A stretch of 12,182 nucleotides of DNA from a virus (IMGVR_UViG_3300032070_000001:1-12182), one strand, 5' to 3'. Shown: positions 5,897-12,182, counted from the stretch's first letter. Program-made: numbers and translations. The notes: generated by a model from the sequence alone, not told the origin.

Positions 5897-5998
5897 GGTA
5901 GTCTTACTAGGGAATCTCAGGTGGTCTGCAACCTCTGCTGTCAAGGGCAATTGCGGGTTTGTGGTGGTCTTACTAGGGAATCTCAGGTGGTCTGCAAC
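5897..5998 (-). CRISPR. CRISPR-like mini-array: two 36-nt repeats and one 30-nt spacer
   Basis: Minus-strand repeats GTTGCAGACCACCTGAGATTCCCTAGTAAGAC(C/T)ACC at 5998-5963 and 5932-5897 (35/36 identical; 37 nt if the shared flanking A is included). Spacer ACAAACCCGCAATTGCCCTTGACAGCAGAG at 5962-5933. With only two repeats, this is below the usual array threshold. Confidence 0.72.
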
Positions 5999-7097
5999 AG
6001 GTTGGTTGTAACTTGTCGCTGGCCTTCATGTTCCAGTGTTTTGCTGGCATTAAAATCGCGGTCGTGGACCGTTCCGCAACCTGGGCACGTCCATTTTCCT
6101 CAAAACCCAAGGTTGTGTTCTTGAATCCACAGAGATGACACGTCTTGCTTGAAGGAAAGTAGGGGTCGGCCTTGAGAAGTTGTTTCCCACGGTCGTGCAA
6201 CTTGTACTCAAGGCACTGACGAAAATGGCCATGTCCAACATCCGTGAGCGACTTGGCAAACCGGCCCTGTTGTTGGGCTTTCAGGGAGTGGGACTCGATG
6301 CACACTGCGTCGTACTTCTCGGCCACTTGCTTCGAGATGAAGTGCGAAAAGTGCTTGCGCCGGTTGGCGATACCGGCATGAATCTTAGCGATGCGAGCCA
6401 CTGTCTGTTTGCGGCGATTGCTTCCTTTCTTTTGGCGGGCCAACTTGCGCTGCCAATGGGCTAGTTTGCGGGCGTATTGACATGTCCACCGGGGGTTAGC
6501 AATCACCCTTTCATCGCTGATGACTGCATACTTGCGGAAACCTGTGTCGAGGCCAACGAGGTTGATTGGTGCAACAGGTGGCGGTGTCGGTAAATCCTTC
6601 TTAACAGTGAAACTCGCATACCAACGGTTTGCGACTCGTTTGATTCGGACAGCGGCACCGATCTTACCAGTTGCCGGTAAGTCGCGGGCGAGTTTCAGCC
6701 GCATCTTAGCAGCAATCAATCGTCGGCCTTTTAGTCGGCAGTGTTCTGGAATCAAGAAGCCTTGGTTGCTATCCTCGGGTCGCTTGCGCCGAGGGAAACC
6801 GGCTTTAACTTTACCTTGTTTCACTCGCTTGAAGAATGCGTTCATAGCGGTCCTCAAGTCACGAAGGGCGGCACGAACGGTATGGCTGTTTAGAGTCTGC
6901 ATCCCTTCCGTCTTGTGCAGTGAGACCGATTCTCGGCTAAGTCGATTCCAATCCAATTTCTCCTTGGCTTTGTGCCATTGCTGGATGGTTGCTAATCCCC
7001 AATTCCATACGCGGCGACGTGCGAATAGATACTGGCGCAACAAGGCCGTTTGTATTGGCGTCGGAAACAACCGGATTGTGTATTTGCGAGTGCTCAT
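5983..7097 (-). CDS. tnpB: TnpB-family / compact type V-like RNA-guided RuvC nuclease, ~371 aa once a 1-nt frameshift at 6094-6097 is repaired
   Basis: N-terminal YTIRLFPT, GFPRRK, RWYASFTV, RuvC-I VGLDTG, RuvC-II VCIES and SSKTCHLCG. The canonical end KWTCPGCGTVHDRDFNASKTL lies in the -1 frame and stops at TGA 5985-5983 inside the first repeat. The likely start is ATG 7097; the track starts at TTG 7106. Confidence 0.9.
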
Positions 7098-7107
7098 TGT
7101 TTTCAAG

Positions 7108-7206
7108 GGGCGGGGTGACGTGGTTTCACGTCACCCGCCCTCCCTAGTAATTGACGTTTCGCTGGGCGTCACCACCCGCCTTGCGGCGGATTGACACACG
7201 CCCTCC
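7108..7206 (-). ncRNA. Candidate tracrRNA-like structured RNA upstream of tnpB
   Basis: Minus strand contains the hairpin CCGCC-GCAA-GGCGG (7189-7176) and GGTGGT (7176-7171), then a small GACG/CGTC hairpin. These are followed by TTACTAGGGA (7150-7141) and a 14-bp hairpin with one bulge (7140-7108). The two unpaired blocks complement the repeat 3' part TCCCTAGTAA-G-ACCACC. The RNA ends are unknown. Confidence 0.6.
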
Positions 7207-7250
7207 ACGTCCGTTTTAAGAGTCCGAACAACCTTCGGCCTCTTCGTTTG

Positions 7251-7442
7251 TTAACCTCTTCCTCGATTCTTACGTGTGTGCCCTTCCGCATACTTGGCGT
7301 GAACTGCCGGAGCCTTTACCAGTATGCGGCGGGCCTTCTTTCGGCCGCAACTTTTGCAGCGATAGGGTGGTCGGGCCTCTCTTGCTTGGAATGCCTCGAA
7401 GCGATGACCGCACGCGCTGCATTCCAAGTCGTAGCAAGGCAT
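7251..7442 (-). CDS. FmdB-family zinc-ribbon protein, 63 aa
   Basis: MPCYDLECSACGHRFE...YRCKSCG...ARRILVKAPAV matches the MPxYxYxCxxCG...CPxCG pattern. GAGG SD before ATG 7442; the longer track ORF overlaps the upstream gene. Confidence 0.85.
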   Translation of the reverse strand: MPCYDLECSACGHRFEAFQAREARPPYRCKSCGRKKARRILVKAPAVHAKYAEGHTRKNRGRG

Positions 7443-7453
7443 TCGTCGTCCTC

Positions 7454-7660
7454 TTAACTGGTGGCCTTGCGGACCACGACCACGTTCTTGAGGTTCGTGA
7501 TCTTCACCGGGCGGCCGGTGTTCGAGTATCCGGAAACATAGGTCTCGGTCACCTGCTGGACGCTCAGCGTGTGCAGGCCCATAGCCGAGCCGCGCCGCCA
7601 GGGATATACCACTAGGTCCCCGGCGTGGATTTCTTGATTCATGTAGTCGGTCGGATTCAT
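7454..7660 (-). CDS. Hypothetical protein, 68 aa, beta-rich (possibly SH3/KOW-like)
   Basis: GGAGG SD; IHAGDLVVY motif followed by alternating beta-strand patterns. Confidence 0.7.
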   Translation of the reverse strand: MNPTDYMNQEIHAGDLVVYPWRRGSAMGLHTLSVQQVTETYVSGYSNTGRPVKITNLKNVVVVRKATS

Positions 7661-7692
7661 CAGGTGACTTCCTCCAGGTGCAAAGACTCGTA

Positions 7693-7911
7693 TCAGATTG
7701 GCGGCGGAAACTTGTGTCGAAGGGGCTTGGAGAGTTCTGCCATCGCTTCATCCAAAGCCGCCTTATAGTTGCTCACGTGGTCAAGGCGAGTTCGCAGTTC
7801 TTTGCTTGGTCGCACGCCACATTCCACCAAGGCACGGAATTCGGGCCAGAACGTTGGATGAATCTCATGGCACTTCAGAATCCGGTCCAGGTTGGGCAGT
7901 TGCGTCTTCAT
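7693..7911 (-). CDS. Hypothetical protein, ~72 aa (MKTQLPNLDRIL...)
   Basis: Track ORF 7693..7950. ATG 7911 has an AGGGA SD-like sequence and a smaller overlap with the upstream gene. Confidence 0.55.
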   Translation of the reverse strand: MKTQLPNLDRILKCHEIHPTFWPEFRALVECGVRPSKELRTRLDHVSNYKAALDEAMAELSKPLRHKFPPPI

Positions 7912-8224
7912 TGGTGTTGTCCCTAGGTTGGTTGTGTTGCCGTTCATCATGTACGTCGGACACGGCGGGCAAATCCCGAGTCGGATTTCGCCTTTTCACC
8001 AGTTTTTCTAAGACGCGATAGAGTAAGTCCCATGCGGACAGGCGCTTACGAGGAAAACCCGTGATCTGGCCTTTCTTCCAACGGCGGCCGATGGCGTCTT
8101 TCAACTCAACCCGGTAATCGCCGCTGGTCGGTGTTCCTGTGCCAGTGTTGACGATGGTGCCGGTGGCAATGGTCGTGATCTCGCCAGTAACGGCGGAGTG
8201 CAGTTCGATCTTGACGACAAGCAT
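7865..8224 (-). CDS. Hypothetical phage-type protein, 119 aa (MLVVKIELH...GFPRKRLSAWDLL)
   Basis: Globular-looking N-terminal ~80 aa in the operon orientation. Confidence 0.7.
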   Translation of the reverse strand: MLVVKIELHSAVTGEITTIATGTIVNTGTGTPTSGDYRVELKDAIGRRWKKGQITGFPRKRLSAWDLLYRVLEKLVKRRNPTRDLPAVSDVHDERQHNQPRDNTNEDATAQPGPDSEVP

Positions 8225-8233
8225 GGTCGATTC

Positions 8234-8428
8234 TTACAGGTTCATGAAATCCACGCGACCGCTGACGTTTCGTCGAGGCATAGGACGGGCTTGTGAAGGA
8301 TTAGCAGCCTCCAAAGCTGCCAGCCGGGCGGCTACTTCATCGGCAACTTCAGATCGGGCGTGCGTTTCCGCAGGGCCTTCTACGAGGGCCTCTTTGGAAC
8401 CTTTCTTGATATCATAGTTGGTGTACAC
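8234..8428 (-). CDS. Hypothetical protein, 64 aa
   Basis: GTG start 2 nt after the upstream stop; fills the gap in the operon. Confidence 0.5.
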   Translation of the reverse strand: MYTNYDIKKGSKEALVEGPAETHARSEVADEVAARLAALEAANPSQARPMPRRNVSGRVDFMNL

Positions 8429-8430
8429 GG

Positions 8431-9171
8431 TCAGAATCCCAGGGTTTGATAAGTCCAGTCGGCTCCGAGATATTGGCGCGTGAATTGCCGCAAGGCTTTA
8501 GCGTCGGCGGCCGTGCGGAAACGATCCAGGGTGCTGGTGCGGACGCCCGAGACACGATAGAGGGCCGCAGCCCGTTCGATCTGCCAGCGGACGAAGCCCT
8601 GCATCTGGGCATCTTGCGAGCGGGCGGCCTTGGGCACGCAAAGGGCGTAGGGGATGAACTCCATCATGGATTTCACCGTCTCGCCTCGTTCGACGATGCG
8701 CCGTCGAAAGCGAGCCTCGCTGCCATTGGTGTAGGCCGTCCATTCGTCGAAGACATAGGTGGGCTGCTCTTGGAACCAGGCTTGCTGTTGGATGAGGTAG
8801 AGGTTGTAGCCTCGGCCTTGCAAGGACGTTGGCACTTGGGCGGCGACCTGGGCCAGCGTGACGACTGGCTCTTGCATCAGGACCGCACGATTCTCTTGCA
8901 CGTAGAAACCCGGTTGACGATATTGGTTTCGTAATTGGGCTGCAATTCCGTGGGTGCCTTCATGAGTCCAGGTCACTCGGTCACTGTCTTGGTAAGGGTG
9001 ACCCGGGTGCAAATGGGATTCGATGTCAGTCACGACTGGCCCCAGGTTTTCAGCCGGGCGCAGCGGTGGGTAGGTTGTCCAGACGGGGGCGACCGGAGGC
9101 CGAATAGGCGGCGCTACAGGTGGAGGCGCGCCGTCGGCCATAAGACTGAGAAGAAAGATGATTCGGAACAT
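8431..9171 (-). CDS. Putative exported zinc metallopeptidase (gluzincin-like), 246 aa
   Basis: Hydrophobic N-terminus MFRIIFLLSLMA, Pro-rich linker, HExxH motif (THEGTHG) and a downstream candidate third ligand (FDEWTAY). Confidence 0.6.
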   Translation of the reverse strand: MFRIIFLLSLMADGAPPPVAPPIRPPVAPVWTTYPPLRPAENLGPVVTDIESHLHPGHPYQDSDRVTWTHEGTHGIAAQLRNQYRQPGFYVQENRAVLMQEPVVTLAQVAAQVPTSLQGRGYNLYLIQQQAWFQEQPTYVFDEWTAYTNGSEARFRRRIVERGETVKSMMEFIPYALCVPKAARSQDAQMQGFVRWQIERAAALYRVSGVRTSTLDRFRTAADAKALRQFTRQYLGADWTYQTLGF

Positions 9172-9174
9172 GGT

Positions 9175-9280
9175 TTAGGCGGCTTTCCAGATGATGCAGT
9201 GAATGGAGTCGTTACGGATTCAGGCCGTGTTCCTTGGCGATGTTGTTGTAGTAATCCTTGTCGAGTTCGATCAAAGTGCA
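9175..9280 (-). pseudogene. Orphan second copy of the methyltransferase C-terminus
   Basis: Reads CTLIELDKDYYNNIAKEHGLNP*, versus CTLIELDRSYCKRIAAEHDLTP in the MTase (14/22 identical). It has no start codon. Confidence 0.75.
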
Positions 9281-9282
9281 GA

Positions 9283-9761
9283 TCATAACAGATGCTTCCA
9301 AATCCGTCGCTTTTGGATCATGCAGGTCAGCGATGGGGATACGCCATATTTCTCGGCCGCAACAGTCGGTGTATCATTCGAGGCTCGGATGGCTAGAACT
9401 TCCGCCTCCGTCAGTTTATGACCACCGTGCATAATTCCAGGTAGATGTGCCGCGCGTCCCTTGTCTTTCATGTCCGTCGAATTGGCAATCGGCGGCCCTA
9501 GAAAAAGATGTGCAGGGTTGCAGCAATGCGGATTGTCGCAGGTATGGCACACCAGTAATGTGCCCGGGTCACGGCCACTGTGAAGCCAATAGGCAATCCG
9601 GTTGGCTCGATAGTTCACGTAAGCGTACTTGAACTGACCGTATCCACTAGCCAAGATGTAACCTTGCCACGGCCAGCAATCCTTTGCACCGGCGGGGCGA
9701 CTGTGTTCCAGAATTGTTGCCGCATGGCGGCCGGGAGTGTTGGCATTGGTTTGTAGTGCAT
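9283..9761 (-). CDS. HNH homing endonuclease (HNH_3-like) with a 1-nt frameshift at 9694-9697
   Basis: ATG 9761 gives MHYKPMPTLPAAMRQQFWNTVAP; the -1 frame continues GAKDCWPWQGYILASGYGQF...VCHTCDNPHCCNPAHLFLG...N, with a C-terminal HTH-like KLTEAEVLAIR...YGVS. Confidence 0.85.
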
Positions 9762-9763
9762 GA

Positions 9764-10519
9764 TTAGCCTTGCCAAATTGCCCGATGGCAGTAGTCGATG
9801 GGCGTTAGATCGTGTTCAGCCGCGATTCGCTTACAGTAGCTCCGATCCAGTTCGATGAGAGTGCAGGACAGATTGATGCGTTTACACACTCTCAAAGAAG
9901 TACCCGTCCCGCCGAAAGGGTCCAAAACTGTCCCATTCGACGGAGTGGTGAGTCGCAGGCAGCGCTCCACCAACCGTTCTCCAAGTTGCGTCGGATGCCA
10001 ATTTCGACGTTCTTTCGAGTTACCGGTTACCCGCGGCACATCAAAAACATCCCCTGGCACCCGCCCTCTCGGGTCTGCCCGTTTGTCGCCGTTCTCTTGC
10101 CGCCATGACGGCACGCGGATGGCATCGGGGAAGAGCGGGGTGTCGCGCCAGCGGAGCCGCAGTAGGGGCCGGTGATTGTTGCCCAAGTCGTGGTGATTGT
10201 GCTGACCGAAGCTAAACGTCTGGACGCAGGGCTTAGCTTCCAGGTTGCCGGCCCGCAGGCCGACGACCTCGGTGACGATCTTGCCCACCTCGAAGGTCCA
10301 CTTTGAGTTGTAGCTGAACCAAACCGTCTTCGCCTTGAGGATGAAGGCATTCAGCCAACAGCGGAGCAACTTGACGTATTCGTCATTTGGCAACCGATCC
10401 CGGTAGGTGCTGTACCTGAGCCCGAGGTTGTCCGGCGGATCGGCGAAGATCGTGGTCCAGCACTGCGCGTTACCGCTGAGGTAGTCGAGGCAATCGGCGT
10501 TAATCAAGGTGTGTTTCAT
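9764..10519 (-). CDS. Beta-class N4/N6 DNA methyltransferase, 251 aa, with motif IV reading DPPD
   Basis: NADCLDYL, IFADPPDNLG, GDVFDVP, HPTQ and VLDPFGGTGTS. ATG 10519 is coupled (ATGA) to the upstream stop; the first ~108 aa of the track ORF are shadow of upstream genes. Confidence 0.9.
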   Translation of the reverse strand: MKHTLINADCLDYLSGNAQCWTTIFADPPDNLGLRYSTYRDRLPNDEYVKLLRCWLNAFILKAKTVWFSYNSKWTFEVGKIVTEVVGLRAGNLEAKPCVQTFSFGQHNHHDLGNNHRPLLRLRWRDTPLFPDAIRVPSWRQENGDKRADPRGRVPGDVFDVPRVTGNSKERRNWHPTQLGERLVERCLRLTTPSNGTVLDPFGGTGTSLRVCKRINLSCTLIELDRSYCKRIAAEHDLTPIDYCHRAIWQG

Positions 10520-10767
10520 TTGCGGGTTCTCCAACTGACAACAACGTAGGTGCCAAGCCACCCACCGATGATGTAGGCGACGACGGCCAGGAAGCACTTT
10601 TCGACGATGAGAACCGTCGAGATGATCGTGCAGACGTACATCAACGCACTCATGTTGGCCGCTTGAATCCGGCGGCGCATCTGGACGGCATCGACGCAGA
10701 GGGTCCATACCAGGTCCATTGCGAACCCGCAGAGGAATGCGAAGAATACGACTACGTAGGACATCAT
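10516..10767 (-). CDS. Small membrane protein, 83 aa, about 3 hydrophobic helices
   Basis: GGAGG SD and ATG 10767; hydrophobic segments ending GGWLGTYVVV. Confidence 0.75.
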   Translation of the reverse strand: MMSYVVVFFAFLCGFAMDLVWTLCVDAVQMRRRIQAANMSALMYVCTIISTVLIVEKCFLAVVAYIIGGWLGTYVVVSWRTRK

Positions 10768-11072
10768 GTACCTCCGTGTTCCCGAGGACGTGGAAAGTTG
10801 CATCGGGCAAATTTGCCATGCCGCAATCGTGCGGCTTCGTCATAGGCCCAGGCTGCTTGTTTTACTGTATCAAAGGTCCCGAGGTATTGTCCTTTTCCAT
10901 TAGTATGAATACGGGCTCGCCAACGATGGCTGTTGGCTGTGCGCGATGTTTGGCGGTAAGCGTACCAGAGACCTTTACTATGCCACGCTGTCCACTTCCA
11001 TTGGTTAAGGAAGGCAAAGTCGCAGTTGTCTACAGTAGTGTATGCGCCTTGTGTCAAAGGGATATGTTTCAT
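10764..11072 (-). CDS. AP2-domain protein derived from an HNH-AP2 endonuclease, HNH core absent, 102 aa
   Basis: N-terminal IPLTQGAYTTVD...FLNQWKW...YAYR and C-terminal AP2 WRARI...GQYLGTFDTVKQAAWAYDEAA..HGKFA.CNF are joined directly. No DHI/N..DN...NL catalytic segment is present. Confidence 0.8.
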   Translation of the reverse strand: MKHIPLTQGAYTTVDNCDFAFLNQWKWTAWHSKGLWYAYRQTSRTANSHRWRARIHTNGKGQYLGTFDTVKQAAWAYDEAARLRHGKFARCNFPRPREHGGT

Positions 11073-11350
11073 TATTTCCCTTTTACATATCGTTCAAGGC
11101 TGTCAAGTATTAGCCAACCAAGTTGAGCCAGAAAACTCCCCGCACAACCAGCAACAAACCAGATGAGCGGATTCAAACTCAAGAGTGGGGCCAGCAGTAG
11201 GCCGCACCACCACCCGCAACATTGATAACACTCCATGATCTTCCCGGCGACGGGGCAGCGCGGCTTGATCCACTCGTGGACCGGTCCCATGATCTCGGAG
11301 TCCACGACGATATGAGTCAAGCCGATGACGCCCAAGATGAAGAGGATCAT
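11072..11350 (-). CDS. DUF1360-like membrane protein, 92 aa
   Basis: Hydrophobic N-terminus with LTHIVVDSEI, and a CYQCCGWW motif followed by two hydrophobic segments. Confidence 0.65.
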   Translation of the reverse strand: MILFILGVIGLTHIVVDSEIMGPVHEWIKPRCPVAGKIMECYQCCGWWCGLLLAPLLSLNPLIWFVAGCAGSFLAQLGWLILDSLERYVKGK

Positions 11351-11574
11351 TCAAAGCCTCGTTCCAGCCGACTGACTCGGGCTTCCAGTTCATCGAGCCG
11401 GACTTCGATAGCAGTGCAACATTCGCGGATGCCTTTGGCAACGAGGTGCATTTGCTTCAAGCATCCAGCCATCAATTCGTCCATCCTGGTCATGTAGGTT
11501 GGCATACTGTTGGCTAAGACAGTCATCACAGCGTCAACAGTCTCATCGACGCTTAGCTTTTGTTGCTTATTCAT
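11347..11574 (-). CDS. Hypothetical protein, 75 aa, coiled-coil C-terminus
   Basis: ATG 11574 overlaps the upstream stop (ATGAATAA); ends LDELEARVSRLE. Confidence 0.65.
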   Translation of the reverse strand: MNKQQKLSVDETVDAVMTVLANSMPTYMTRMDELMAGCLKQMHLVAKGIRECCTAIEVRLDELEARVSRLERGFE

Positions 11575-11857
11575 GGGGGTAAGGCTCCTTGTCGCTCTTG
11601 ATGGTGAACTCGGCGTCGATGATGCCAGGACTACTGGCGTCGGGCAGGTCGGGCTGGCGGACAAGAGCCAAGACGAGGACCGGCACCAAGTCACCCGGCA
11701 TGAGCGTGTCGCCAGGGGCAACGTACTCCAAGTTCATGTTGGCGTTGCCGCCGGTGTAGTCGGCAACTAGCGCCAGTTTGGCGAAGGCGTCGGCCAAGTG
11801 CTCGCCGTTAAGGGCGGCGGTCCTGATACGGTCGAGGAGGAAGGGTGGAATCGGCAT
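11567..11857 (-). CDS. Hypothetical protein, 96 aa
   Basis: AGGAG SD upstream; stop coupled to the next start. Confidence 0.65.
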   Translation of the reverse strand: MPIPPFLLDRIRTAALNGEHLADAFAKLALVADYTGGNANMNLEYVAPGDTLMPGDLVPVLVLALVRQPDLPDASSPGIIDAEFTIKSDKEPYPHE

Positions 11858-11885
11858 CGGTAACGGTACTCCTAGGGGTTAGCCC

Positions 11886-12059
11886 TCAGTTGGATTCCTC
11901 AATCTCGCACCAATCTTCACGGAGCGTCGCGTGCCAGCCGTGGGACCACGGATGGATGAAATTGTCCACTTGAACCTTGAACACGCTGTCGATCATCTGG
12001 CCCAAGGCTGTAGCATTCACGAGGAGTCGAGTCGTCCCGGTGTAGCGATAGTGCTTCAT
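11886..12059 (-). CDS. Hypothetical protein, 57 aa (MKHYRYTGTTRLLVNATALGQMIDSVFKVQVDNFIHPWSHGWHATLREDWCEIEESN)
   Basis: Translated by hand (below the track cutoff); ATG lies 2 nt after the upstream TGA. Confidence 0.55.
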   Translation of the reverse strand: MKHYRYTGTTRLLVNATALGQMIDSVFKVQVDNFIHPWSHGWHATLREDWCEIEESN

Positions 12060-12061
12060 GG

Positions 12062-12182
12062 TCAGAACAACCTCTGTCGCGTAACATCGTTGAACCAGTT
12101 GTCCAGGGCCGAGCCATTGGAGACCAGACCAACGGACATCTGCTCCAAGACCTGGCAGCGAGCGTCACTGTCCTCGCGGCTG
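12062..12182 (-). CDS. C-terminal end of a gene entering from the right edge (...SREDSDARCQVLEQMSVGLVSNGSALDNWFNDVTRQRLF*)
   Basis: Open frame ending at TGA 12064-12062, adjacent to the next ATG. Confidence 0.45.
   Translation of the reverse strand, partial: SREDSDARCQVLEQMSVGLVSNGSALDNWFNDVTRQRLF

Noticed and set aside
5933-5962. Self-targeting of the spacer within the window
   Set aside because: Only 9-nt matches were found (near 3126 and 11099), as expected by chance.
6520-7194. Plus-strand 224-aa ORF and other plus-strand ORFs
   Set aside because: They lie antisense to well-supported minus-strand genes and show no recognisable motifs.
7191-7219. Plus-strand sigma70 promoter starting TTGACA
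   Set aside because: The -10 position reads TTTTAA (poor match) and there is no credible plus-strand gene downstream.
5897-7250. A complete autonomous IS200/IS605 element
   Set aside because: There is no tnpA (Y1 or serine recombinase) and I could not define cleavage tetranucleotides. The 7108-7140 hairpin could still be an element end, so IS ancestry remains possible.
10520-10843. N-terminal extension of the 359-aa MTase ORF as a fusion domain
   Set aside because: It overlaps the membrane-protein and AP2 genes in other frames; the MTase has its own coupled ATG at 10519.

Overview
A gene-dense 12.2 kb stretch in which every credible gene is on the minus strand, mostly short hypothetical ORFs with overlapping start/stop codons. 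It also carries a tRNA, a DNA methyltransferase, HNH/AP2 endonuclease genes and a collagen-like protein, which points to the accessory region of a large phage or prophage (inference; no capsid or integrase gene is visible). Two RNA-based modules stand out. (1) At 2085-5086, a Ro60/TROVE gene is followed 3 nt after its stop by a Zn-ribbon DEDDh 3'-5' exonuclease. It is preceded by three ~60-nt RNAs with the bulged-C Ro-binding helix of Y RNAs, interleaved with two tRNA-like RNAs that have abnormal anticodon arms. (2) At 5897-7206, a ~371-aa TnpB-like RuvC protein has a two-repeat, one-spacer CRISPR-like mini-array overlapping its 3' end and a structured upstream RNA with a split anti-repeat (tracrRNA-like). 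Its spacer contains TTGACA. Several genes carry single lesions (two in-frame stops, two single-base shortfalls in 4-nt homopolymers), which could be decay or assembly error. Plus-strand ORFs in the track appear to be antisense shadows. All calls come from reading the sequence and recalling family motifs; no searches were run.
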